From Spirochaetia bacterium (GTDB taxonomy: Bacteria; Spirochaetota; Spirochaetia; DSM-2461), in NCBI GenBank assembly GCA_963668315.1, contig OY764216.1, forward strand, positions 4,832,001 to 4,896,000: DNA of 64,000 nucleotides, written 5' to 3'. How positions within the stretch are numbered: the first letter of the stretch is position 1; each line of letters opens with the position of its first letter. The notes under the pieces are model-generated. The model was not told the origin of the DNA. It saw only the letters and a list, made by a program, of their open reading frames with translations, and did not search any database. The position numbers were made by a program, and so were the translations under genes. This document shows, one piece after another, positions 31,358 to 40,339 of the stretch.

Positions 31358-32224
31358 TTAGGCTGTTTTGTCGTTTTGGTTCTGATGAATGACCTTTCGA
31401 ACATATCCAAGCATGGTCATAACCTTGTTCTCCCCTGGTTCAGTCTGGATCTGGTTGATCACCCAGTTGAAATGCTTATCTGTGAAACATGCCCTGTGAT
31501 GATCCAGAAGACCAGCCAGTTCCCGGTGAGAATCGGTTATCTGAGGGATGGGACCAAAGAGAAGTTCTTCCGATACCTTGTCACCTTCCCGCTCGGCATA
31601 AACCTCGAAAGGTTCGCTTTTAGCAGGTTTTGATTGATTTCCAGATTTTTCCCTATTTTCTTTGGTTTTCTCCCTCTCGTGACTATCCTCTTCTTGGGGT
31701 AATTCTGCCGAATCATAGGGGATTCCCCCCAGTTCATCGGGGAAACACATACGAAAAGCCTGACTGATGGCTACCTTCCTCAGCTGAAACTTTGGCATTT
31801 TCTTCCAGAACGATGTTATTGTACCGTCATGCTTCTTCTGAACTGCTTCTTCCCAGAAAACCTCGTGCGAAAAGGGATGGTCCCAATCCTTACGATGAAT
31901 TTCCACCACCGCTTTCATAGTTTCTCCCTCCCCTTCCACTGTGGCAGCCCAACCGTCCAATTTCCCCGTCCTTTCGGCTCGTTTCAGGTAGACCTCATAA
32001 CCGACAATGATATTCATATGCCGGAAGGAGCCTGTTCCGTAAACGACGCAGTGGATTTCCCGTTTAAAGGGGTTCAGCTGGTAGATCGTAGCGATTTGTA
32101 TCAGCTGTTCCTTTTCCGGGTTTGTCAGGGAATTCTCCAAGTTGAAAGATTTTAGATATGCCTGGATCAGATCTTGTGTGACGTCTGTAGAAGAGAGAAT
32201 GTCCTGTTGATGTTCCTTATCCAT
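31358..32224 (-). CDS. bet: Bet/RecT single-strand annealing protein
   Basis: LNPFKREIHCV.YG, IIVGYEVYLKRAER, W.KMP..QLRKVAISQAFRMCFPDELGG.PY. Confidence 0.88.
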   Translation of the reverse strand: MDKEHQQDILSSTDVTQDLIQAYLKSFNLENSLTNPEKEQLIQIATIYQLNPFKREIHCVVYGTGSFRHMNIIVGYEVYLKRAERTGKLDGWAATVEGEGETMKAVVEIHRKDWDHPFSHEVFWEEAVQKKHDGTITSFWKKMPKFQLRKVAISQAFRMCFPDELGGIPYDSAELPQEEDSHEREKTKENREKSGNQSKPAKSEPFEVYAEREGDKVSEELLFGPIPQITDSHRELAGLLDHHRACFTDKHFNWVINQIQTEPGENKVMTMLGYVRKVIHQNQNDKTA

Positions 32225-32227
32225 GGA

Positions 32228-32332
32228 TCACCTCCTGTATCTAGGCAGCTGTAGATTTTTTTTGTTGCTGGTGTTGTAAAACAGCAAGTATGCAATCGGG
32301 ATGATTGCGTAAGGGATGATTTTCTTGAGCAT
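32228..32332 (-). CDS. 34-aa hydrophobic/basic peptide (not in ORF track)
   Basis: MLKKIIPYAIIPIAYLLFYNTSNKKNLQLPRYRR; AAGGAGG RBS; stop overlaps the bet RBS. Confidence 0.55.
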   Translation of the reverse strand: MLKKIIPYAIIPIAYLLFYNTSNKKNLQLPRYRR

Positions 32333-32499
32333 ATTTGCCCTCCTTTGTTATTTGTTAGAGGGATAATATATGTTTGAATTCTGGTGTTTTGCGGATTTCC
32401 TTGTCTATTTCGAGCTTGATAGGAAATGTATGGTTTTCAATATAACAGGTGTATACGATAGGATTTTGATGCAATAATCATATCAGAAAAGAAATTTCG

Positions 32500-32584
32500 G
32501 TTAGACATATTTACCACATCAGGTCTATATTAGATATAGTCAGACATTTATATTGAAAACAATAGAATTAATAAGTTATATAGA
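32500..32584 (+). other. attI-like first insertion site (G|TT at 32575/6) with candidate Pc
   Basis: GTTATATAGA is the exact complement of the attC1 left end; no attC hairpin upstream; AGACAT direct repeats; TAGACA-18-TATATT at 32502-32531. Confidence 0.55.
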
Positions 32585-32686
32585 AAACGGGTGCATACAA
32601 ATGGACGTTTTTTTATGAAAAAAATATTAATTTTAATAAGGAATTTCTTTTTTATAAAAGTGTAAATAAGAATTAAAGGTATTAAA

Positions 32687-33616
32687 ATGAGAATCTCATT
32701 CAATCTGAGGAATATTAGCTGGAATACTGTTGGGACTATCTTCAGTATTATTTTTAGTGGTTTAACATTAATTTTCTTAATAAAAAACTCAAATATTGCT
32801 AATTCATCAATTAGAGAAATGCATGATCAGACCATTTTAGCAGAAAAAACAATAGAAGAGATGAAAGCGCAACGGATACAATCACAGAAACCCGTTTTAT
32901 ATTTGTCGTCGGAACACTTTTCTATCTACGAGAAACCAGACTCATATACATTTGGACTTGGTAATATAGATCCAATTGATTTTGATTGGGTTAATGAAAC
33001 AGAAGTAGGAATTATAATTAATCAAAGTATAATTTTTTTACAGAATACGGGAATTGGTCCAGCATATGAGATTGAAATACAATGGGATTTTGACATAGAT
33101 GAAATGATCAAAAACCTCAAGACTTACTCAGAATTTTTAGGCGATGATATAGAATCAAAAAATACATTATTTTTCATTGATGCTTTGGAAACATCTTTAA
33201 AGATACTAGGGACTCAAAACCACAATTATCGATATCCTATAGCCAAAGTAGAAGATGGATTCTATATCGAAATTCCTTGGTTATTCTTCGCTTATTGCAA
33301 TTACATTACTTTTATTGATAGTAATGACCTTAGCTATAGTCATATTGATGAAACATCAAAATTTATTTTGGGAAAGAGAACGGAGTATCTAGAATACTAT
33401 GGACATAAATTAATCTCATTTAATAGCAATCCAGTTAATTTAATGATTAAATATAAAGGTATCAATGGTGAAAGTTATAGTATGAAGAAACAACTTAGAT
33501 TTATGGGATTTGTTCGATTATCACCCCAAGATTATTTAATAGAAAATTTAAAAGACGCAAATGATTGCTTTATAGAAATAATATCGATTGATGAAAAAGA
33601 ACAACAAAAAAGCTAA
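32687..33616 (+). CDS. Cassette 1: hypothetical protein with N-terminal TM helix and coiled coil
   Basis: 309-aa ORF followed by attC1. Confidence 0.75.
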   Translation: MRISFNLRNISWNTVGTIFSIIFSGLTLIFLIKNSNIANSSIREMHDQTILAEKTIEEMKAQRIQSQKPVLYLSSEHFSIYEKPDSYTFGLGNIDPIDFDWVNETEVGIIINQSIIFLQNTGIGPAYEIEIQWDFDIDEMIKNLKTYSEFLGDDIESKNTLFFIDALETSLKILGTQNHNYRYPIAKVEDGFYIEIPWLFFAYCNYITFIDSNDLSYSHIDETSKFILGKRTEYLEYYGHKLISFNSNPVNLMIKYKGINGESYSMKKQLRFMGFVRLSPQDYLIENLKDANDCFIEIISIDEKEQQKS

Positions 33617-33666
33617 TACAGATGAATAAAATAAAAGAGAAACAAGTGATAGTGAAATTTAAATCT

Positions 33667-33764
33667 ATATAACAAAGATTTGCTACGGATTTGCCTATGT
33701 CACAATTATTGCTGTTCGCAATAATTCCGCCAAATACGGCAAACCGCAGAAATCGGCGTTATAC
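33667..33764 (+). repeat. attC1
   Basis: ATATAAC...GTTATAC, 98 bp; GATTT[G]CTACGG/CCGCAGAAATC arms. Confidence 0.9.
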
Positions 33765-33767
33765 CGA

Positions 33768-33796
33768 TTGCAAATTCAAAGAAATAGGAATATACT
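33768..33796 (+). promoter_or_regulatory. Cassette 2 internal sigma70 promoter
   Basis: TTGCAA-17-TATACT. Confidence 0.55.
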
Positions 33797-33829
33797 CCAA
33801 TAATAACATTGAAAATACGGAGTATAGTC

Positions 33830-35038
33830 GTGATAACAAATATAATAGCAACCTATAAAAGACTCATCCAGCACACAAATTATACTCATCACAGATATAT
33901 CTATAAAGAATTTAATATAAATAATAGGCTAACAGGACTAATTGGTCCAAGAGGAACAGGAAAGACAACACTTCTTATTCAATATATTAAAGAGAATTTA
34001 AAAATTGATGATTGTATTTATACGTCATTAGATAATATTTATTTTACGCAAAATAATTTAATCGAATTTGTAAATGAATTATATGATATTTATGGGATCA
34101 GATATTTCTTCTTCGATGAAACACATAAATATCCGAACTGGAATCAAGAATTAAAAAATCTTTATGATTCCTACCCTGACATAAAATTAATCTTTTCTGG
34201 AAGTTCAAGTCTAGATTTAATTAAAGGATCTTATGATTTATCTAGAAGGGGAGTCATATTCAGAATTGGAGGAATGTCTTTTAGAGAATATTTACTCTTC
34301 AATAATATAGCAGATATCCCTTCAATTACATTTCCCGAATTATTAGAGAATAGATCAAGATATGAAAACGAAATAGGATCTATGAAGAAAATATTGGGAT
34401 ATTTTAATGAATATTTAGGAAAAGGATATTATCCATTTATTCTGGAAGATAACCAAAGTTACAGCCAAAAAATCCAAAGAATTATTGAAAAGACGATTTA
34501 TGAAGATATTTCAAATTACTATAAATTGAAAACAGAAAATCTGATAAGTTTTAAAAGAATAATTTCTTATATGGCAACAATTCCACCAGGAGAATTAAAC
34601 AGAAATAACATAGCAAAAAATATAGGATTAGATAATAAGACAATACAGAATTACCTTGATATTCTTCAGGAAACAGGACTGATTCAATTCATATTAAAGA
34701 ATAAAGCAGGAAGCAATATTTTAAAGAAGACAGAAAAAATATTCCTGGATAATACAGATATTTATAGATCCACAAGTGAAGAAATCGGTTTTGAAACACC
34801 AATTGGAACGTTAAGAGAGATATTTTTTATTAAAATGCTGTTGAATTCTGGGAACAAAATCCATTTCAGCGAAATTGGAGATTATCAAATCAATAATATC
34901 AATTTCGAGATTGGTGGTAAGAATAAAGACCTTAAGCAAATAAAAAACAATTTGGAAAACTCATATTTAGTAAAGGATGATATAATTACTGGGAGTAAGT
35001 ATGAAATCCCGTTGTACCTGTTCGGATTTCTGTACTAA
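33830..35038 (+). CDS. Cassette 2: AAA_14/DUF4143-type ATPase
   Basis: GPRGTGKT, FFDETHKY, SGSS, C-terminal D...FEIGGKNK; GTG start after GGAG. Confidence 0.88.
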   Translation: MITNIIATYKRLIQHTNYTHHRYIYKEFNINNRLTGLIGPRGTGKTTLLIQYIKENLKIDDCIYTSLDNIYFTQNNLIEFVNELYDIYGIRYFFFDETHKYPNWNQELKNLYDSYPDIKLIFSGSSSLDLIKGSYDLSRRGVIFRIGGMSFREYLLFNNIADIPSITFPELLENRSRYENEIGSMKKILGYFNEYLGKGYYPFILEDNQSYSQKIQRIIEKTIYEDISNYYKLKTENLISFKRIISYMATIPPGELNRNNIAKNIGLDNKTIQNYLDILQETGLIQFILKNKAGSNILKKTEKIFLDNTDIYRSTSEEIGFETPIGTLREIFFIKMLLNSGNKIHFSEIGDYQINNINFEIGGKNKDLKQIKNNLENSYLVKDDIITGSKYEIPLYLFGFLY

Positions 35039-35051
35039 GAAAAAAGAGACG

Positions 35052-35150
35052 GTATAACAAACATTTGAACTTGATTCGCCTACTGTCATACTTTTTGCAT
35101 TCGCAAAAAACACGCCAGCTGACGGCTCACAAGTTAAATGGGCGTTATAC
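35052..35150 (+). repeat. attC2
   Basis: GTATAAC...GTTATAC, 99 bp; CATTT[G]AACTTG/CAAGTTAAATG arms. Confidence 0.9.
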
Positions 35151-35168
35151 GGATAAAATGTAGTAAAA

Positions 35169-35948
35169 ATGACAAAACATAATGAAGAGATATTAAAAAT
35201 TTGGAATATGGTACTAAATCTCGCTATTCAAATGCTTAATAATGAAGAAGATGCGAAAGATGCCGCACAATCAATATTTGAAATAGTATCAGAGAAAATT
35301 GAAACTTTTAGGAATGAATCAAAGTTAAGTACATGGATATACCGGATTTCATATAATTATCTGATTGATGAAATAAGATATAGAAATAGTGAAAAAATCA
35401 CATTTGAACTTTTTGAAAATGAAATAACACAATTTAAAGAATATGAGAATGAATATAATCTTACCCAAGAAGAAGAAAAAATATATATAGAAGAAATAAA
35501 GATAGGATGTACAAAAGCATTGTTACAATGTTTAAATCCTGAAGATCGCTTTATTTTCATATTAGGAACAATTTTCAATTTTCCGCAAAAAGATGCTTCT
35601 GAAATATGTAATATCTCGTATGATAATTATCGTACCCGGTTATCAAGATCAAGAAATAAAATAAAGAACTTCATGTCAAATAATTGTGGTCTCGTAAATC
35701 CAGATGCAAAGTGTAAATGCAGCAAAAGGATACTAATCGCAAAAGAAAGAGGAAGAATAAATTTTGAGAAATCTTTATACAAAACAAATAGCAATAGGAT
35801 TAATAAATATATTATTGAAATGAATGATATAGATGAAATTTCAAGAATTTATCAGGACAATCCATTCCTCGAAATTAACAATGATGATATCTCCTGTAAA
35901 ATCCAAAATTTGGGAATAGTACAAGAGATATCAACAATAGTTATTTAA
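35169..35948 (+). CDS. Cassette 3: ECF sigma factor with Cys-rich C-terminal extension
   Basis: DAKDAAQ, SKLSTWIYRI, RLSRSR, CGLVNPDAKCKC. Confidence 0.88.
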   Translation: MTKHNEEILKIWNMVLNLAIQMLNNEEDAKDAAQSIFEIVSEKIETFRNESKLSTWIYRISYNYLIDEIRYRNSEKITFELFENEITQFKEYENEYNLTQEEEKIYIEEIKIGCTKALLQCLNPEDRFIFILGTIFNFPQKDASEICNISYDNYRTRLSRSRNKIKNFMSNNCGLVNPDAKCKCSKRILIAKERGRINFEKSLYKTNSNRINKYIIEMNDIDEISRIYQDNPFLEINNDDISCKIQNLGIVQEISTIVI

Positions 35949-36258
35949 TTAAAGTACCAGATGAAAAGCCAATAAGTATTCCTAATATTACTGTTGTAAT
36001 ACAAATTTGAAAGAAAGCAGAATTATCTTGTCTGAAAATAAGAAAAGATAAAGGAATAAAGAAAAGGGAAGTAATGATTAATCCATTCAAAATAGAATTA
36101 TCAACTATTCTGAAAAAAGTATTCACAATCCCAATAATAAGCCACATGGTGAATGCAGAAAGAATAAATAACTTATCAAGCTTTTTAATTAGCATTGGAA
36201 CTATATCTGCCAGTGCTGCTACCAAACCAATAAGAATAGAAATAATCAAATTGTTCAT
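35941..36258 (-). CDS. Cassette 3: small multi-TM membrane protein, convergent with the sigma gene
   Basis: 105 aa, hydrophobic, AGGAG RBS. Confidence 0.75.
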   Translation of the reverse strand: MNNLIISILIGLVAALADIVPMLIKKLDKLFILSAFTMWLIIGIVNTFFRIVDNSILNGLIITSLFFIPLSFLIFRQDNSAFFQICITTVILGILIGFSSGTLIK

Positions 36259-36278
36259 ATAATCTCCTATATCAATAT

Positions 36279-36306
36279 TAGACGTAAAAATTATTAATTT
36301 GTGACA
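36279..36306 (-). promoter_or_regulatory. ECF-type promoter for the membrane protein
   Basis: TGTCACA-N15-CGTCTA on the minus strand just upstream of the RBS. Confidence 0.6.
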
Positions 36307-36365
36307 GAAAAAAAGAAAAAAAATTAAGAAAAAAAGTATGATATAATGAACATTGGCAACGCACC

Positions 36366-36463
36366 GTATAACAATGAATTGGAGCCGAATTGCCTATGTC
36401 ACAATTATTGCTGTTCGCAATAATTCCGCCATGGACGGCAATCAGCTCAATTCGGCGTTATGT
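36366..36463 (+). repeat. attC3
   Basis: GTATAAC...GTTATGT, 98 bp; 42-bp core identical to attC1. Confidence 0.9.
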
Positions 36464-36490
36464 CTACAAAATAAAAGATGAGAGGAATAC

Positions 36491-37684
36491 ATGGAAAAGA
36501 TTAATGTCATTACAGAGATAAAAGAACTTAAAAATCAATTATCCTATTCAAAACGATATGCATTTTTCTTCGGAGCTGGAACATCTTGTGCTCTTGGCGT
36601 TCCAAATATTGCGACTCTCACTTCGTCAGTTGAGGATTTATTAAAGGAAAAAAATAAAGAAAACTTTAAAGTGATTAAACAAGATTTAGAATCTTCTATT
36701 CCAGATAAAACAATAAATATTGAGGATATATTAAATCAAATTAGACAGATTCGTATGATTACGAGAGAAAGAGAAGATAAAAAATATCTTGAAATCACAG
36801 GTAAGAGCGCTAAAGAACTAGATAACTCTATTTGTAAAAGTATCTATGAGATTATATCCCAAAAAGAATCAGATGCCGACTTAACAAATACTAAAAGATT
36901 CTTCGCATGGCTTAGTATGCAAAATAAGAATTATTCGTCAGAAGTATTTACTTCAAACTATGATATGATTATTGAGAAATCCTTAGAGGGTATAAATTAT
37001 CCATATTTTGATGGTTTTGTCGGCGCATATGAACCGTTCTTTTGGCAAGAAAGTATTGATAAATTTGTAGATAATAATGACCTAACAAAAGATTGGATAA
37101 GGTTATGGAAAATTCATGGATCATTAAATTGGTTTTGGAAAGTTAATGACGGAAAAGAACAAATTATACGCGGTAGTAAGATATCTGATATTCGGACACT
37201 TTCTAATGAGCTAGTAATCTATCCATCAAAGGAGAAGTATAATTCCTCAAGAAAACAACCCTTTGTTTCTTATTTTGAGAGACTTAAAAAGGTGCTTACT
37301 AGTGGAGAAGTTTTATTTGTTTTTTCTGGTTATTCATTTTCTGATCAGCATATAAATGATATTGTTTTTGATGCTTTAAGACAAAATAATAGATTACATA
37401 TAGTGGTGTTCTCCTATTTAGATGAAGAAGTAGAAAATTTGTATAAAATTTTATCTTCGTACCTAAATATATCAGTATACGGTCCACAAAAGGCTATCTT
37501 AAGAGGAAATATATATGAATGGAATACACTAGAACAAGATGAAGAATCTATTAAAACAAATTCTATATATTGGGATAATACAAAAAAATCACTCACTATA
37601 GGTGACTTTAATAAATTGGTAGATTTTTTAATTAAATCTTCTGGGAATGTAAAATCCATTGAGGATGAAGTTAATGGAAAATGA
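36491..37684 (+). CDS. Cassette 4: SIR2-like NADase
   Basis: FFFGAGTS, FTSNYD, KIHGSLNW, GYSFSDQHIN. Confidence 0.93.
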   Translation: MEKINVITEIKELKNQLSYSKRYAFFFGAGTSCALGVPNIATLTSSVEDLLKEKNKENFKVIKQDLESSIPDKTINIEDILNQIRQIRMITREREDKKYLEITGKSAKELDNSICKSIYEIISQKESDADLTNTKRFFAWLSMQNKNYSSEVFTSNYDMIIEKSLEGINYPYFDGFVGAYEPFFWQESIDKFVDNNDLTKDWIRLWKIHGSLNWFWKVNDGKEQIIRGSKISDIRTLSNELVIYPSKEKYNSSRKQPFVSYFERLKKVLTSGEVLFVFSGYSFSDQHINDIVFDALRQNNRLHIVVFSYLDEEVENLYKILSSYLNISVYGPQKAILRGNIYEWNTLEQDEESIKTNSIYWDNTKKSLTIGDFNKLVDFLIKSSGNVKSIEDEVNGK

Positions 37685-39458
37685 TATTACATATCTTGGA
37701 AAAGTCATACGAGTTGATTCAAATATTGTAGAAGTTGAAATTTCAGATTTGATTCCTTCTTCAACTCCAGTTATCAATGGCAAGTTGTATAAAATTGGTC
37801 AGATTGGAACTTTCATCAAAATGCCAATAGGTAATATTACAATTTATGGAATTGTTTCATCCGTAAGTAATACACCAACGAAAAATGATGATAATCAATT
37901 AAGGCAGCTAGTTGGATCGCGATATCTGAGTGTACAACTAATAGGTGAAAAAATCGGCGATTCTGATTTTGAGAGGGGAATCGGAACATATCCCACAATA
38001 AATGATGAGGTTCATTTAGTAATTGAAGAGGATCTCGCAAATATTTACGGTAATGATAAAAATGGATCAATTGAAATAGGAACTCATTCATCCTCTGAAA
38101 ATTTAAAAGTGTATGTTGATTTACATAAATTGGTTTTAAGGCATAGTGCTATTTTAGGTTCAACAGGTAGTGGGAAATCAAATACAACTGTTAGTATACT
38201 GAAATCGATACTAAATGATTATGATGGTTCAAGGGTTTTGCTAGTTGATCCACATGGGGAATATGCTTCTGCATTTCCAGATGCCACAGTTTTTAAACTA
38301 AATGATCCAGACTCTCCATTGTATGTACCATTTTGGTTAATGAATTTTGATGAATTAGCCTATTTCTTAGTTGGAGCAAAGCCTACCGATGATCAAAAAC
38401 CAGAATATAGATTATTAAGAGAATGGATTGTTAAGTATAAAAAAGAGCATTGTGAACTTAAAGCTGGAAATGTAAATCCTAATTTTATAACAGCAGATTC
38501 ACCTATTCCATTTAGTGCTAGAAAACTTTGGTATGATATGAATTGGTGGGTAAATGCATCTTTTGAAGAAACGACAAAAGATAAACAAACCGTAGATAAT
38601 GCTTGCATAAAAAAAGATGAAAGCGGGACTGAGCTTGTAGGAAATTATGAAGGGCTAGAACCTGCAATATTTGAATCATATCAAATGGGATCAACTGCAC
38701 CATATAAATCAAAGCATCAGGATTTCTATACGTATGAGAAAAAGATCTTGAATAGACTTAAGGATTCAAGATTTGATTTCATGTTTCATCCAGGAGATTA
38801 TAAAGATGAAAAATCACCGAAAGATTTACACAATTTGCTTAATGAGTGGATTGGCAGTGACAAAAAACTTGCCATATTAGACTTAAGTGGCGTTCCTTTT
38901 GAAGTTTTAGATATTACTATTGGACTTATTACTAGATTTGTTTATGACAGCATGTTTTGGGGAAGAAAGGAATCATATACAGGAAAACAAAGACCAATAT
39001 TGCTCGCCTATGAAGAAGCACATACTTATCTTGGTAAAAATGAAAATATTAGTTATTCACGGAAAGCTGTAGAACGAATTTTTAAAGAGGGAAGAAAATT
39101 TGGGGTAGGTTCATTAGTTATATCCCAAAGACCTTCTGAAATATCTGAAACAATCTTAGCACAGATTGGAACATTTATCTCTTTGCGTCTGACTAATTCA
39201 GCTGATCAATCAATAGTAAAATCGTCATCTCCAGATAATTTAAATAGTTTAATTGATTTATTACCATCATTACGAATTGGTGAAGCCATTATTGTTGGTG
39301 AATCTATAAAAATACCATCAAGAGTTAGAATAGAATTAAATCATCCTAGACCAACAAGTGATGATCCAGATATTGAAAAATGTTGGAAGAAAAAACATGA
39401 ATCTAATGATGATAATTATAAGACTGTTGTTACAAAGATAAGAGAACAAAGAATATAA
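37674..39458 (+). CDS. herA: Cassette 4: HerA-family ATPase
   Basis: N-terminal HAS barrel, HSAILGSTGSGKS, DPHGEY, EEAH, KEGRKFG, SQRPSE. Confidence 0.93.
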   Translation: MENDITYLGKVIRVDSNIVEVEISDLIPSSTPVINGKLYKIGQIGTFIKMPIGNITIYGIVSSVSNTPTKNDDNQLRQLVGSRYLSVQLIGEKIGDSDFERGIGTYPTINDEVHLVIEEDLANIYGNDKNGSIEIGTHSSSENLKVYVDLHKLVLRHSAILGSTGSGKSNTTVSILKSILNDYDGSRVLLVDPHGEYASAFPDATVFKLNDPDSPLYVPFWLMNFDELAYFLVGAKPTDDQKPEYRLLREWIVKYKKEHCELKAGNVNPNFITADSPIPFSARKLWYDMNWWVNASFEETTKDKQTVDNACIKKDESGTELVGNYEGLEPAIFESYQMGSTAPYKSKHQDFYTYEKKILNRLKDSRFDFMFHPGDYKDEKSPKDLHNLLNEWIGSDKKLAILDLSGVPFEVLDITIGLITRFVYDSMFWGRKESYTGKQRPILLAYEEAHTYLGKNENISYSRKAVERIFKEGRKFGVGSLVISQRPSEISETILAQIGTFISLRLTNSADQSIVKSSSPDNLNSLIDLLPSLRIGEAIIVGESIKIPSRVRIELNHPRPTSDDPDIEKCWKKKHESNDDNYKTVVTKIREQRI

Positions 39459-39470
39459 AGGGAGATAACA

Positions 39471-39680
39471 ATGGAAAGAAAGTACATAGAATCATCAATG
39501 ATATCTAGTATAGGATTTGATTTTGCAAGCTCTACCTTAGAAATTGAGTTTCGTGATGGTGCATTATGGCAATATTATGATTTTCCAGAATCAATGTGGT
39601 ATGAATTTGAATCAGCTGAATCCCAAGGAAAATTCTTTCATAGGGAAATAAAAGATCAATACACAGGTTCTCGAGTATAA
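39471..39680 (+). CDS. Cassette 4: KTSC domain protein
   Basis: SSMISSIGFD....LEIEF..G..WQY..FP......F..AES.GKFF...IK. Confidence 0.9.
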   Translation: MERKYIESSMISSIGFDFASSTLEIEFRDGALWQYYDFPESMWYEFESAESQGKFFHREIKDQYTGSRV

Positions 39681-39692
39681 ATAAAAATCGAG

Positions 39693-39790
39693 ACATAACA
39701 ATCAAATGCAACTGTCATGGCAAACTGTCACAAAATCCGCTTACGCATATTTTGCGCCAATTCACCATGCAGCTGATTTGGGCGTTATAT
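39693..39790 (+). repeat. attC4
   Basis: ACATAAC...GTTATAT, 98 bp; CAAAT[G]CAACTG/CAGCTGATTTG arms. Confidence 0.88.
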
Positions 39791-39874
39791 TACAAATGGT
39801 AGAATAAAAAACATCTTTACTTTTATACAGTAAAGGTTAAACTTATTACGTTCATTAAAATAGGGAGAAAGAAA

Positions 39875-40339
39875 ATGAAAAGAATAATTGTTTTACTAAG
39901 TGCTTTATTAGTATTTGCAGGTTGCGCTTCTCAGGTCACCGTGAATGAAGAGGATCGACAATATCAAGAAATCGTTGATTTTCCAGGCAAAAATAAAGAT
40001 GAGATATTTGATCTGATTAGTCAAAGTATGTCCAATGTTTTTGTTAGTGCAGAATCTGTAATCGATTATGAAAATTCTGAAAGTGGAAAAATTATTGGAA
40101 AAGGAGTTGCTGAGATTATCTATACAATAGCTCCTACATATACTCATTATACTTTAACAGTTGAGGTTAAGGATGAAAGAGTTCGATTTAGCTTTACTGA
40201 TATGTATTTCCCTCCATCTGGAGTATTGGGAAGAATGCCTTTAACTAATCAAGGTCAAATAGATTCATTTTCAGAGCATGCTAGAAAATTAGTGAATGAA
40301 ATTACAGAATTCTGTCAAGATAGTAATGATAATTGGTAG
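39875..40339 (+). CDS. Cassette 5: lipoprotein (DUF4468-like)
   Basis: Lipobox FAGC; F.SA.SVI.Y...E.GKIIGKG; no attC follows. Confidence 0.75.
   Translation: MKRIIVLLSALLVFAGCASQVTVNEEDRQYQEIVDFPGKNKDEIFDLISQSMSNVFVSAESVIDYENSESGKIIGKGVAEIIYTIAPTYTHYTLTVEVKDERVRFSFTDMYFPPSGVLGRMPLTNQGQIDSFSEHARKLVNEITEFCQDSNDNW

Noticed and set aside
7369..32224. Intact prophage or CRISPR-associated transposon
   Set aside because: No virion, terminase or lysis genes; no tnsABC/tniQ; Cas3 is intact.
32440..32581. Possible fifth attC (ATATAAC...GTTATAT)
   Set aside because: No complementary inner arms, wrong length, and lacks the GGCGTT end shared by the four attC sites.
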